Positions 18,080 to 32,505 are shown, counted from the first letter of the stretch. The stretch is DNA of 64,000 nucleotides from Azolla caroliniana (GCA_043228905.1 JBHGNT010000015.1:3782001-3846000), one strand, 5' to 3'. A program made the numbers and translations. The notes: a model not told the origin generated them from the sequence alone.

Positions 18080-21000
18080 TCATGCAGACTGTGACGATGA
18101 TAGGTTCTTATCATACAATCGATAAAGTAAAGGAGACTTTGCCATCTGAGGTTCAGTTTCAAGATATGCTATAACATCTTTTGTACCTATCTTGCGAGGA
18201 GGTTTCACGGGTGGACTTGGTACATTTGCCTGGTGAAGTTGTCCTCTACTTCCAATGGAGTCACCTGATACAGTAATTAGCTATGAGTACACACCTTTTT
18301 GTACATTCTTTGAACAGGATATTCATAACATTGAACGAGTAATATATATAAGAATGTCTTGAAGATGTGTCCTAGAGAAGTTGTGATAAAAAGTAACTGT
18401 CTGCCGGAACTTTCGAAATGTTGAGAAATGTTTAAAAGAATACACAAATTAGCAATAGGCATTCTTATGATAAGGATACAACATAGATGCAGTGTAATTG
18501 GATTCAAAGCATTGACTGAGAGTAATATATCTGAGAAATGTCTTGAAGATAAGTTGAAAATTGCAATTTCCATTAACTTTCTAAGTATTGGGAATACCAT
18601 ACAAAAAACGCACACACATTAGCAATGGGCATTCATATCATAAGGGTTATATGCCTTTCATGTATAATAGTTAACATTCCTCAAACTGGGGATTCACAGG
18701 CTAATATATATGGAAAATGTCTTATTGATGAGCCCTAGAAATTTGACCCATAAAATTGCCACTTCCACAATTCTCATACCCAATCCAAACACATAAATAC
18801 TGGTAATGCCTTCCATACCTTGAACCTTTTTCAACGCACTAGCTGGCCCTGTTGTGGCTCCATCCTCAAAAGCGGTTCTTCCCTGTGATTTAATTTCAGT
18901 ACCAAGTTTTTTCTCTGCATCTCGATGCATTGTAGCACCACCTGTATCATTTGCAGTAGATACTCCTGTATAGAACTAGGATCATTTATAGAGCTCTCTT
19001 CTCCATTTGACATGTATTTTATTTGTTTGGGAAAAACTCAGAGATACCACGAGTTCTTTATTTCCCCAAATGCCCTTAAGTTTTCATTGTTTCCTCAAAT
19101 ACCCTTGCTCAACACCCGAAAGAAAAATTCCATTGGTAATTGAGTACTTTTATGGTAATTAACTAACTTTTGTCAGTTATATGTCGGAAAATTGAGATAT
19201 TATATTGCCAAATTCTCTCTTTCAAGAGTTGCGTAGTTGGGGAATAGGAAAAGCTAAGGGCAAATGGAGAAAACAAAAACTAAGAGTGTATTTCGAAGTT
19301 TCTCCCTATTTCTTTTCCTTGACTATATACAGACCTGATTCACCTTCTCGTTTTTGCCGACCTTGCTCTGCCATCATTTGCCACTTTAATAGCATATCGT
19401 TCATACCTGACGCTGCCCGTGCTCCGCCTGCACCAGCTTTCTGCTTCCCATCTTCACCCTTTGTCTGAAAAATCATTACAATTGTGAACATATGAATTTT
19501 CTAAGCATTCTTGAGAGAATATTGGATGCCAAAAGAGACCTTTTTTTCCTTGGGTCGACCTGGACCATCCTCTTTAGTCGCAGCTTCATTGGAAGCTTTC
19601 TCCTTCTCCTAAAAAGAAACCGATGATCTGTTTAACCATTTTTTCATTCCCACAATTGTCATATACGACCTAGGTTTGAACACATTTTTTCTGGAACTCA
19701 CAGAAGGATAGAAATAATGGTAAGGAACAACTTACTTCATTTATCTTTCTTAGTCGTTCTGATTCTAATGCTTGCTTCCTCTCATATGCCTCCCTGGCCT
19801 TCTTCCGCATTGCCAAAATCTGCTTCTGAATATCAGATGTGACCACAATTTTATGTGCATCCTTTTCTCGATCGAATCTCTAGAAAAACAAACAAGTTAA
19901 TTAAGCTTGATGCTTTATTTTAGATATACAGTGTATATTAAATATGCAAGTTGTTCCCTACATGGCTTGAAATTTTTGACAGTTTATAGAGCATTGTACG
20001 GAGCCGCTCCTCTGCACACTGATACAAAAATTGCTGTTTAAGAAAACAATGACTAATGGAAAATCTCTGGGGGTCATCCTTGAGAGAAGTAGTTTACCAT
20101 TGATAAGCATTGCTCTGCCTCTTCACTAACAAGGGAAACACCCAGCTTTGCGGCTTTATGAAATCCAGGACAAATCAATGAGTATTCTAACATTGATTAT
20201 TCTTTCTATACCAAGAGACTATAAATGTTAAACATATGGGAACAACATTCGCACAAATCATCAAATAGACTCACCAATTGCAGTTACTTTGCTGTGAAGA
20301 GGACCTTTTTCCAAAAACAACCGTCCCTCCTCTTCTTGTGCAAACCTTCTCATGGCTTGAGTGCTCCGGCTTTCTTCTTTTGGACCAGCCAAGAGTTGTT
20401 CTTCCTCTTCCTAGAAGATTGCATAAAGAAATGAAATCTGTTTCTGAAATTGTAATATTAATTTAAAGGAAAAAAAATCCATGGAAACAATACCCGAAGG
20501 TTAACACCACTGACAGCTGTTACATCATTAAGTTGGTCAATGCTTTGCTCTAACACATCCCCTGCCACCTTCTGTTTTTTGCTGAAAATAAGCATAATTC
20601 TGCATTATACCTCAGTGGCTCAACATAAAGACTCTTACCAAGCAGTTTCATTGGAACTTCTAAATGACATGCCATTAAATCTCCCAACACCGCAGTGTCC
20701 ACCATGGGTGGACCATGTTCATATGTCAGCATGAATAATATTAAATGATGCCAAACTACAGAAAATAGAACTACTATTACGATCAGTGGCATTATGCACT
20801 TTGAATATGACTAACTACAAACAAAACAGGCAGCAGGATTCATACTTTTACCTAGAGCCAGCAAAAATAGAATTGTATACAATCAATGGATGTTATGTGG
20901 ATGAGTCAAGAGTTTGCAATTATTTTACAGACATAGATTGGAGATTTCTCGGGTATATTGTAGAATAAATATTTACCCAAAAATATGTAGGGCATTACTA

Positions 21001-24000
21001 ACCCACAGCATTCCATTAAACTCCAAGACACTTAAAGGGTCCCTTTTACCTCATTCTTACATTCTCGAAAGAAGGGATGGCCAAAAAACAGATTCATCAT
21101 ACATGATCTCAAGCAGATCTATACAGGTTCATCTATATTTGTAGACAAACCTTTTCCCTTGCATGACAGGTGAAATATCAGTTGGTCGCTTCTGATCAAC
21201 CACCACCTTCTTTGGTGGTGTTCTAACTTGGGTACCTGATGGAAAATTGACAACACCCTCAGGGATGCTGAGAGAAGCTGGGGGCATGGTGAGGGAACTT
21301 GATATATAAGATGAAGTACTGCTTGGTACACCACTGATATGCCCACTAGAGATGTCACCACCCTGCCAAAAAACAGATGATGATGAGATAAACTTTACTT
21401 TGTGCGCAATGAATGCCTTTCTTGCAGTATGTTACAGAATGCTATGCTATCAGCCATCTGTGTAAAACAAATAGTCAGGTGAGCTGCTATAAACATCAAG
21501 AATAAAAAATCAAATGAAGAAAAGTGGAGCAGGTTAGCGATTAGAATGCAACTAAAAACACCTTCATTTCCAGATTCATGTGCATGCTATATGACATGGA
21601 AATATCCAAGGAACCCACCTGGAACCAGGCAATGTATAAGTGGATGATAGGCAGAGTGGGTGTGGACACCTGAGTGCATGAAAATACATGTTCAATCCCT
21701 ATAAAAGTGAAACAGGGAAGTCCCCTCTCCCTAACATTTACAGTTTTTACTATGAGCCCAACTGCCACATGTCAGATGATAGCTGATTCTGTGCAGGGCT
21801 ACAGAAGCATCACTTCTGAGATCACCCAAACCTGTTTTTTCCCCACTTCTATATATGGCTCTTATGCCTGATGGTGATACTATCCTAAGCTGATGCATAA
21901 AAAATAGCAGAATGGCAGACATAGTGTTCTTCCAATTCCATGCCGCCCCTAGATGGCAAATTTGTTCTTCTATAGATTTGAGTGAGCATCTTCCTATCTC
22001 AATCTCTAAAGATTACAAATAACATTTCAGAGGACATGAGATAGATTTGCATCCATATAAGAAGACCTGTTGATCCATCTTGCAACATGTGCCTTATACT
22101 GGGCCATCTTCCTGCTGAGAGATGTTGTAGGCCTGATCTATGTTCTTTCATTATTTGATTTGAGTGAGCATCTTCCTATCTCAATCTCTAAAGATTACAA
22201 ATCACATTTCAGAGGACATGAGATAGATTTGCATCCATATAAGAAGACCTGTTGATCCATCTTGCAACATGTGCCTTATACTGGGCCATCTTCCTGCTGA
22301 GAGATGTTGTAGGCCTGATCTATGTTCTTTCATTATTTGATTTAACTATATTAGTTCGGATCACTTTTAATCTTTTCCACTTTGATCATGCTCAGCAGTG
22401 AACAGTCCAAGCTATATTGGAATGGGGGTGATGGGTTTATAATAACGTCATGTGACTGGAACCATTCCTGCATTTCATCATGCCAATTATGATTTATCCA
22501 AATTCAATAAGTTGTGTCGGAGACATAAGCTGCAGTCTCGAGTACATTTGCTTAGGGAGCTCCCAAATCTGTTGGACATCAGTTACTTATCAGAATAATG
22601 CCTCGGTCACTCTTGGGACTGATCATGTCTTCGCCCAAATTATATGATGGGCACTAATGCCTGCTTTTTAACATGTGGGCAATCATTGAGACTAAAGGTC
22701 TCTAAAAATATTTCCTGTTAAGTACCCTCAAATTTCTACTCCAAGAGAAGAATCAGTCTTACAAGTGTATCAAACAACAATTTACCCCGAGGTTATTGGA
22801 ACTGTATAAGTGCACATTTGTTTTTTCAAAGATACCAAGGATTGCATATCCACGCAAAAGTCTAGCATAGGCGCCTCCCACGAATGTAGCTCCTAGATAT
22901 GTGTAGGATTAGCCATACGCCACCTTGTTATCTTTCAAAAATAATTCTGGTTTAACTCTTGTTACCCATGCTTCAGTGGTGTTAAAACGCCATCATTTAG
23001 TTTTATCAAGGTTTAGAGAGCAAGTAAGAAGAATGTCTCTTCAGAGGCCAAAAAAAGCCTATGAGACTGAATCATATATCTTAAAACATTGTCATGCATT
23101 TGAGAACACGCCAAACTAAAATAAATAATTTAGTAAAACTGCCTGATGCATCAGATTCTTTTTAGCTAAGCATGTAGCATCCTGAGTTTCGATAAACTAG
23201 GATTTTTGCCTTTGAAAGATCTTCAACATGTGCTGATCCAAGATGCCAAAATGAAGAGTTCTCCGATGAGAGGGCGACAACTTTGGTGTAGGATGGCAAT
23301 GGCCTGGATTTGTCAATAAAAGGGTGAAAGGGGCCTGGTCAAGATGGGCATGGCTACATGCACAACAATTTGCTTTTGCCCAGTCTATTGTAACCCCTTT
23401 CAAATCTTGTGGTCAAGACCCTATTAGTGTAGCCCTAGGATGACTTGACTCATGAGAAGTGTTGGATCTAAAGAAGGTTGTGATTATTCTTTCTTAAAGA
23501 GGCGTTGTGGTTGTATTGTTCTTCTTCAACAACTTCTCAGCCTCTTGATTTCTAGTGAGAACAATACCTACCATCAGTGGACTTCATATCCATTACCTTA
23601 TAGAGGGGACCAAAGCCTTGTTCAAACAAGCAATAGTATCTCCCCTTTATTTCACATACACATCTGCCAATCTCAATCTATAACATATGTGAAGAGGTAC
23701 TCAGCTGCCCTATCACACTACAAAACACATAAGAGAGATGCGTATCCCTATCAGAGGGCCTGATGATAAATCCATCTTGCTACAAAAGGAAAGAGGGTCT
23801 TAAAGTGGACAGTCTTCCTACCAAGATGTGTTGTATGATAATCCATGTTCTTCTCTATTAAACAATTCAATCATATCAATTCAGATCACTCTATTATTTT
23901 TCACTTTGGTCATGTCCAAGTGTGAAGAATCCAAGCTATATTGGAATGTGTAGTGCATTTATATTGCCTGTATTTTAGCATGTTAAAAATGATTATCTGT

Positions 24001-27000
24001 ATGTCCTGCCAATTGGTTTGATAACACGAGAACCAATCTTAAGTACCTATGCTTTGAGAGCTCCCAAATCCATTATACAAGTTACTATTAATACATGCCA
24101 AACTTGAGAACCTTTGCTTTGAGAGTTCCCAAATGCATTAGATACAAATTAATAATCAGAATAGTGCCTCAGTTACTGTTGGGGTTAAATTCATGTTCCC
24201 CTAGATTATATCATAAGCTACCAATGCTTTGCTCCTCAGCATGAGAGAAATTATCAAGCCTAAAGGTCTCTCTAAATCTCTCCAATTTAGTGCTCTATGA
24301 AGCTTTGGTTCCCAAGTTTCTACTTCGTTGAGAAGAGACAACGTTACATCAACTTTTCCAAGGTTGAACCTGTATATGTGCACATTGACTTCCAAGGGCA
24401 AAAAGGACTGCATATCGACAACCAAGTTGAGCACAGGCAGCCTCCTGTAGGGAAAACTGAGGCCCTATGAATGTTATTCCCAGGTATATGTAGAACCGTG
24501 TTTTTCCACCTTTTACTCTCCTAATTAAGAAATCTGGTTCTGATCTTCTTACCCATTTTTGAGTGATGTTAAACACCATCACTTTAGTTATATCATGGTT
24601 TACCAACAAATATTTATCTATACAAAATTACTTTAAAACATCTAGATGTCTTTATGTCCCTTTGGAGAGTCAAAAAGTAACACTATCAGCAGTATATAAT
24701 AATATCCATATGGTTCTCTCCACCAAGCATGCTCTTAAACCACCCAATCTCTCTATGTAGTTAGACACCTCATTTATATAAAGACAAAGGAGAGTGAGGA
24801 TGGTGGGCTTTCACTCAAATCATGTTATCTATGGGAAGCACAAAGTTTTCCTAGCACTAATTCATATCGTGCACAGATTTCCCATTCCATACATACTGGG
24901 AACCCAATGTCCCCTAGTCATTTCACAAGCCGAGCACTTGGCACAATGTGGACTTCTGGAAATCCACAAAGAAGCCATAGATTCTCTTTGTGTGGGTTCT
25001 TCCTTCCTCAATAAGGGCTTGAAGGGTCAACATGTAATCCATGATATTGAGACCTTTCGAAAATATGACTAACTGGCTGAGCAGGACCCATTTCTCTCTG
25101 CCTATACACTCAATTCTGACCTTAGAATTGAGCCATATAGTTTGGCAAAGTAATAGTCAATCATGATTGTTTGCTAGGTTTTGTGGGATCTCCAATCTTA
25201 AAGACCAGTACAATGGTATGTTCTGCCCAGCTAGTATGGAAACCTTCACACATAGCTCTATTAAAGATGTGGGCACTAACTGGAACTGAGGTGTCATACG
25301 TACAGATAACATGCTCACCCACTAATCCATCATGATCTTGTGCCTTTCCAAATCATATCGATTGATTGCAAGAAGAATTAACAAGATAATTTTAAGGAAA
25401 ATAGAATAACTTTCTATTTACAGAGTTGCTAGCATGGTTCCTTGAAACAAAACATTCACCTGAGACTTGTCACCTTCATGCTTGATTGGTTGCAAAGTGA
25501 TTGGAGATGGTGTACCCGGAGGCTGATGTCCATGCCATTGTTCTTGCCTATAGTCTGGAGTGATCATTTGAAGTGAAGAAACCCTCGGTTGCCCTGATGT
25601 GCCTTGATATTGCACTGAAGATTCTATGGGTGGTTGCAATTGTTGCACTGCAGTCTGTGGAGGACGAGTTTGCCCCACCTCTTGTACTTGTAATGGTAGT
25701 TGGCGCAGTTGTAACTGGTCTATTGATGTCTTTAACTGCTGTTGTTGCATATGTGGAGAGAATGGAATTTGTTGTTCAGGTTGTCCTGGCAACTGTTGCC
25801 TCATCTGCCCTTGCATTTGTTGCTTCAGAACAGTATTCATTATTAAATAATTTACCCAACGTAAAAGAGAAGAATGAACTGAATGTTTTTGTGTTAAGTC
25901 CATGACTTAAAACCTGCTTTATTTGCATTTGCTTCACAGTCTGTACTAGAACCTGATCCCCCACAAGTGACCTAGTAGCTCTCAAGAAATCCTCTTTCGA
26001 AATTTCAGTCCTCTGTAATTGAGCAATTTGAAAGAACCAGAATTTTGATTTTTTATGAGGAAAAAATATCATGTACATTAAAATTGATGCCCACCTTTAA
26101 TTTCTGATATAGGGCAAGCAATTTCTGGCTCTGATCAGGCTGAAGTGTAGGCAAAAGCAGAGGCATGAGAGCACCAAAAGAGATTGCTTGTGAAGGTCCA
26201 CCAGATTTTTTGGGTGGGCCACTATCAGCATTATTTTGTTGTTGATGTTGCTGTTGTTGCTGTTGTTGTTGTTGCTGCTGCTGTTGTTGATGATGATGAT
26301 GTTGTTGTTGCTGCTGTGGAATCAATTGTTGCCACTGACTTGTTGGCTGCTGTGAGCTGGAGCCCAAGTTATGTTCTGAAGTTTCTTGCATGGAGAAGCC
26401 TAGAACAGTAAATTTTTCAAGATATTTCAGCCAAAATCATAAATATTTTCAATGCCTGATATGGGTTTGCTAAGTTCTATGAAAGTGTCTGTTGATGCTT
26501 GAAATAAAGATGCAGAAATTAAGCTGAACAAGATTACATGTCAAGATTCAAAAAAATCATCTTACAGCTTGTGTCCTTTGGAAGTAACTTGTCAAAAAAA
26601 TTGAATTAGGATAGCCAACATGAGAATAAATTTTTTCACTATAGAAAGCCTATGATAATGTCTGATTCTGTAGTTCTGAAAAAGTAAGGAATTGTATTCC
26701 ACTTATCTAAAGTAATGAGCATTAGAGACTATTTCCCCTTCTACATACACCTTATTTGTTAGCCAAATATCAAGAAAAAAAATGAGACTTCAGTTTTGCT
26801 GTTTTAACGTTGTCCAACAGAGAATATGGTTTCCTAATTGAACACATGGTTAAGAAAATCAATATAGATTATATGATTTGGGAACTGTTGAAAATGGACG
26901 CTTTCCTAAAGTTGTATGAGTTAAATTGACACATTTGTTTTAAGTTATCGACCAACGAAAAAACTATGAAATACTGTTGCATTGATTTCATGATATCCAA

Positions 27001-27819
27001 ATGTGGTTTCCGTGATTAAGAATATGGTTTCCTAATTGAACACATGGTTAAGAAAATCTATATAGATGATATGATTTGGGCACTGGTGAAAAAGGACTAT
27101 TTCCTAATGTTGTATGAGTTGATTGACACATTTGTTGAAGTTATCAACCAAAAATCAACGAGAAAACTATGAAATACTGTTTCATTGATTTCATTTTATC
27201 CAAATGTGGTTTCCATGATTAAGAATATGATTATTTCAATCATTAAAATGACATTACTTGGCCCTCTCCTAAAAATATATGAGTTGATCGAAACATGTAC
27301 AAGATGAAAACGAAATAGGGAGATGAGTCCCTATTCCACCAATTTCACGTTCTCCAACACAGAAAAGGTGATATCCTTGATTAAGAATATATTGATTATG
27401 TCACTAATTATAAATGAAATGGGTTAAATTTTTGATAGAAAACTATATATCACATGATGTAAACATTGACGGAGAAGTTTTTTTCTTCAAGGTGAATGAT
27501 TATTTGTGGAACCTGTAAAACTAAACTGATTAAAGCATACCTAGAACTTGGCAAGGATCTGAAATTGGATGTGAATTATGAGGAATCACAGCTGTCAAGG
27601 AGGTTGAGGTACTCGAAGAAACAACGATTTGTTCTCCTGAGGAAATGAAAGACGATGAAATAACTGGTTTGTACTCCTCCTGATTAAGCAGGACAAGGAT
27701 GTGTCATAGAAATGAGTGGATAAAAACAAGACAGAAAACAGAGAAGCACTGAAGAGCGAAGAAATAGAAATAAATACCTCTTCATCTTCCAGGACATGGA
27801 CAACTGGGCGAATATCCAT
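18080..27819 (-). CDS. TAF4: Transcription initiation factor TFIID subunit 4 (TAF4/TAF4b), 15 coding exons
   Basis: Phase-consistent GT-AG exons 27819-27778, 27679-27541, 26399-26095, 26012-25914, 25822-25460, 21362-21151, 20581-20494, 20410-20275, 20153-20098, 20018-19962, 19879-19736, 19608-19540, 19464-19335, 18965-18819, 18264-18080. They encode an MD..LEDEE N-terminus, an RST domain ([17 protein letters not shown]), [42 protein letters not shown] and the C-terminal [23 protein letters not shown]. Confidence 0.93.
21500..25300. mobile_element. Degenerate non-LTR (LINE) reverse-transcriptase fragments in TAF4 intron 5
   Basis: VKQGSPLS (LINE GVKQGCPLS-like) on + near 21700. YIYLGITF (YKYLG-like) on - near 24480. 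Many stops; boundaries approximate. Confidence 0.55.
21975..22343. repeat. Near-identical 182-bp tandem duplication
   Basis: GATTTGAGTGAGCATCTTCC... at 21975 and 22157; one substitution seen. Confidence 0.9.
26256..26317 (-). repeat. CAA/CAG/CAT microsatellite encoding a poly-Gln/His tract in TAF4
   Basis: [12 protein letters not shown]... in exon 3. Confidence 0.9.
26820..27230. repeat. Diverged ~198-bp tandem duplication in TAF4 intron 2
   Basis: AGAATATGGTTTCCTAATTGAACACATGGTTAAGAAAATC at ~26821 and ~27019. Confidence 0.75.
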
Positions 27820-29827
27820 TGAAACGCGGGAGGGAGGGAGACCATATGATTAATCCTGCAAAATAGAGCAGAAACAAACAGGATCTACGAGGGGGGAACC
27901 ATGCCTCCCGATCAGAATCAGAACCAGAATCAGAATCAGGCTCCCGAAAACTTGTTTAGGGCGAAATGTGCATAAGTGGAAGAAGGAAACTGCAGTGATG
28001 AATGTCTGCAATCGAATCGAGAGTGCACACCAGAGAAATCCGTCCAACGGAATGAGCTGAAATCCGTCGTCCATAGGGTTGGGTTCGTAGTATGGAACCA
28101 TACGTGCATTCGCATTCGCATGGTAAAACACCCTTCGAAGTATGGTAAATACCATACTTTTGTATTCATTATTTATTGTAAGGTGAATTTTTCTTTTTTA
28201 AGATAAGAAAGTTAAGGTAAAAAAGGTTTTGTTTTTTTTAACATAAGAATGTTTTGATAACATACGCATTCGTATGAAAAAACGAATGGCTGCCAATGCA
28301 TTCGAGTATATTACGTACTATGGTTGGGTTTAAATCAGTCCAAAGGATTGGGTTTAAAACCAGTCCAAAGGGTTGGGTTTAAATTTTTCCAAAGGATTGG
28401 GTGCTGGTCCAATATGTGTGGAAAACACAGATGGAATGTGATCGATCGATTGATCGAAGAAGAAGGCAAAGAACATCGCATCGAAAGCGTGATTGATTTA
28501 CCCAAGACTTCCGAAACTTGTTTACACTGAATTGTGCACAGTCCACTCGGTCACCGGTGGCGGCTCATCACTAATGCCCTAAACACACATCTCTACCTCA
28601 CTTTGACTTGATTGGTACGAAAGTTGTGTGGAAGCATACTGGCTCAAATGACTACAGGATGGGCCCTAACATGGTTGACAATGAGAAGAATATGGCTTTA
28701 TTGTAGTTAGGTGCAACATTTTGTAGCCTTCATCTGTGAAGCATGGGCCCCCATGTTTCTTTCCCTCGCCATGATCCATTGGTGTTGCAACAAGGCCCCT
28801 TGTTCATAGAGGAATCTGTCAATGATGCATCACGAAGCAAGTGTGTTGCATCCCATCTTCCAATATAGAAAGATTTTATTATTGTCATGGGAGATCGAGT
28901 ATGATTACTGGATTGAAGTAAAGCAAACATACGAAATGTCATCGAAGGAGGTAGTGCACGTTTGGGGTTTCTCAAAAGAAAAATTGGGTTCAATTCCCCC
29001 TTCTGATAGCTTTGCCAATAAGGCCACAAATGGAGATAGTTGGGTCAAATCCATGAGGTTGTTAGTTTGATATCCATTTATGTGACTTTGTAATTTAGGA
29101 GTGATATATATAGTGATATGACTTTATCAAACTAGAGAGAGTGGGAGAAAGAGATTTTAGTATCACCTCATTGGTGAAAGCTATCGAAATAATAAAACTC
29201 AAATTACTTATGGACCAAAGTAATGAAACAAACTCAAATGTAATCGAAGGTGGTAACACGCATTCACAAACACATAATTTGGGTTTCAAATCCCACTTCC
29301 AAGCAACTTGGCCTATTGGGCCAGATTTTGAGATATTTGTGCCAATTGTTTGTGGACCATGTGGTAGTTAGTTTGATATATGTAGATATGACTTGTAGTT
29401 TAGGAGGAGAATATCAAGTATAGCAAAATATGCATGGGAGGGGGGGTTATATGTAGCATTGATTATCCTTGATGTTCAATATTTTTTTTTGAGGTTATTA
29501 GTTTATTATGGTGTGGGAAAGATAACCCATGACCTTGTGTTGATGGTCTACCCTTTCCCGGTCATTCATTTGATACATTGATATGGCCATGTAATTAAAG
29601 AGAAGTGCTATTGTATGAATCGGATGTAGAGAATGTTGGCCGCAACGAGGCTACCAATCAGTTTTATAGCGAACCAATCTAACAATGAACATGTGAGTTT
29701 GTTGATGTGAAAACAATTTCCTTACTAGAACCTTAGACAAGTTGCTAAACATCATAAAGACTTGATGACGTAGTTATTGTTTCATTATTTTTCTTATAGA
29801 AGATAAATATTTTAACATATCATACTT

Positions 29828-29898
29828 GCATTGGTGGTCTAGTGGAAGATTAGTAGCTTGCCACGGTATAGACCCGGGTTTGATTCTGGGCAAATGCG
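29828..29898 (+). pseudogene. tRNA-Gly(GCC) pseudogene
   Basis: Aligns to the intact copy; B box GTTTGA and broken stems. Confidence 0.85.
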
Positions 29899-30660
29899 AT
29901 GTGTATGAATCCTAAACCTGAAACTTACTATATATAGCACTCAAGATTTCACATTTAGTGTAGAATGTCAAGCACATGGAGAGCACTAAAGATTTGATTA
30001 CATAGGCATTGTGTGAATCATGTGTAGAGAATGTTGGTTGCAATGTGGGTACGGAGCAGTTTTATAACGAGCCAATCTAACAATGAACATGTGAGTTTGT
30101 TGATGCATAAAGAATTTCCTTAATAGAACCTTATAGGCATTGTGTGAATCATGTGTAGAGAATGTTCCCTGCCAATGCAAAAAGAATTTCCTTAACAGAA
30201 CCTTATAGGCATTGTGTGAATCATGTGTAGAGAATGTTCCCTGCCAATGCAAAAAGAATTTCCTTAACAGAACCTTATAGGCATTGTGTGAATCATGTGT
30301 AGAGAATGTTCCCTGCCAATGCAATGTGTATGAATACTAAACCTGAAACTTACTATATATAGCACTCAAGATTCCACATCTATCTTAGCATGTCAAGCAC
30401 ATGGAGAACACTAAAGATTTGAATACATGGGCATTGTGTGAATCATGTGTAGAAAATGTTGGTCGTAATGAGGGTAGGAACCAGTTTTATAGAGAAACAA
30501 TGAAAATGTGAGTTTGTTGATGCAAAAAGAATTTCCTTCACACAACTTTAGACAAGTATCGGCTTAAGTTGCTAAACATCATAAACTCTTGATGACGTAA
30601 TTGGTTCTTGTTTCATTATTTGTCTTATAGAAGACGAAAATATTGTAACATATCATACTT

Positions 30661-30731
30661 GCATTGGTGGTCTAGTGGTAGAATAGTACCATGTGACGAT
30701 ACAAACCCAGGTTTGATTCTGAGCTAATGCG
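30661..30731 (+). pseudogene. tRNA-Gly pseudogene
   Basis: Anticodon arm and B box mutated. Confidence 0.85.
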
Positions 30732-31080
30732 ATGCGTATGAATCCTAAACTAGAAACTTACAATATATAGCACTCAAGATTCCACATGTAGCATAGAGTG
30801 TCAAGCACATGTAGAGCACTTAAGATTTCAATACATGGGCATTGTATGAATCAGACGTAGAGAATGTTGGTCGCAACGAGAGTACGAAACAATTTTATAG
30901 TGAGCCAATCTAATGTTCAATGAACATGTGAGTTTGTTGATGCGAAAAGAATTTCCTTAACAAAACCTTAGAAAAGTATCGGCACAAGTTGCTAAACATC
31001 ATAAAGACTTCAAGACGTAATTGGTTCTTGTTTCATTATTTTTCTTATAGAAGATGAAAATATTTTAACATATCATACTT

Positions 31081-31151
31081 GCATTGGTGGCCTAGTGGTA
31101 GATTAGTAGCTTGCTATGATACAAACCCAGGTTCGATTCCCGACCAATGCA
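31081..31151 (+). pseudogene. tRNA-Gly pseudogene
   Basis: Anticodon arm mutated, B box intact. Confidence 0.85.
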
Positions 31152-31474
31152 ATGTGTATGAATCTTGAATGTCAAGATTCCACATTTAGCATAGAATGTC
31201 AAGCACATGAAGAGCACTAAAGATTTGATTACATGGGCTTTGTGTGAATCAGATGTAGAGAATGTTGGCCACAACGAGGGTACGAAGCAATTTTATAGCG
31301 AGCCAATCTAACAATGAACATGTGAGTTTGTTGATGTGAAAAGAATTTCCTAAAGAGAACCTTAGACAAGTATGGCCACAAGTTGCTAAACATCATAAAG
31401 ACTTGATGACGTAATTGGTTCTTGTTTCATCATTTCTCTTATAGAACAAGAAAATATTTTAACATATCATACTT

Positions 31475-31545
31475 GCATTGGTGGTCTACTGCTAGAATAG
31501 TACCATGCCACGGTACAGACCCGAGTTTGATTCCCGTCCAATGCA
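31475..31545 (+). pseudogene. tRNA-Gly(GCC) pseudogene
   Basis: A box and B box mutated. Confidence 0.85.
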
Positions 31546-31890
31546 ATGCATATGAATCGTAAACCTGAAACTTACTATATATAGCACTCAAGATTCCACA
31601 CGTAGCGTAGAGTGTCAGGCACATGTAGAGCACTAAAGATTTCAATACATGGGCATTGTATGAATCAGATGTAGAGAATGTTTGCCCCAACAAGGGTACG
31701 AAGCAGTTTTATAGTGAGCCAACCTAACAATGAACATGTGAGTTTGTTGATGCGAAAAGAATTTCCTTAATAGAACCTTAGACAAGTATCGACACAAGTT
31801 GCTAAATATCATAAAGACTTGATGATATAATTGGTTCTTGTTTCATTATTCTTCTTATAGAAGATGAAAATATTTTAACATATTATACTT

Positions 31891-31961
31891 GCATTGGTGA
31901 TCTAGTGGTACAATAGTACCTTGCCATGGTACAGACCCGGGTTCAATTCCCGACCAATACA
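31891..31961 (+). pseudogene. tRNA-Gly(GCC) pseudogene
   Basis: Several substitutions, acceptor stem broken. Confidence 0.85.
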
Positions 31962-32434
31962 ATGCGTATGAATCCAAAACTTGAAACTTACTAGATATAA
32001 CACTCAAGATTCTACATTTATTGTGGAATGTCAAGCACATGGAGAGCACTAACTATTTGATTACATGGGCATTGTGTGAATCATGTGTAGAGAATGTTGG
32101 CTACAACATGGGTACCAAGCAATTTTATAGGGAGCCAATCTAACAAAGAACGTGTGAGTTTGTTGATGGGAAAAGAATTTCCTTAAGAGAACCTTAGACA
32201 AGTATCCACACAACTTGCTAAACATCATAAAGACTTGATGACGTAATTGGTTCTATAGGGAGCCAATCTAACAAAGAACATGTGAGCTTGTTGATGCGAA
32301 AAGAATTTCCTTAATAGAACCTTAGACAAGTATCATCACAACTTGCAAAACATCATAAAGACTTTATGACGTAATTGGTTCTAGTTTCATTATTTGTCTT
32401 ATAGAAGACGGAAATATTTTAACATATCATACTT

Positions 32435-32505
32435 CCATTGGTGGTCTACTGGTAGAATGGTACCTTGCCACAGGACAAACTCGGGTTTGATTCTCGACCA
32501 ATGGA
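32435..32505 (+). pseudogene. tRNA-Gly(GCC) pseudogene
   Basis: Many substitutions, B box GTTTGA. Confidence 0.8.

Noticed and set aside
27595-27819. 74-aa ORF or uORF upstream of TAF4
   Set aside because: It is TAF4 exon 1 read into intron 1; splicing 27778 to 27679 restores the frame
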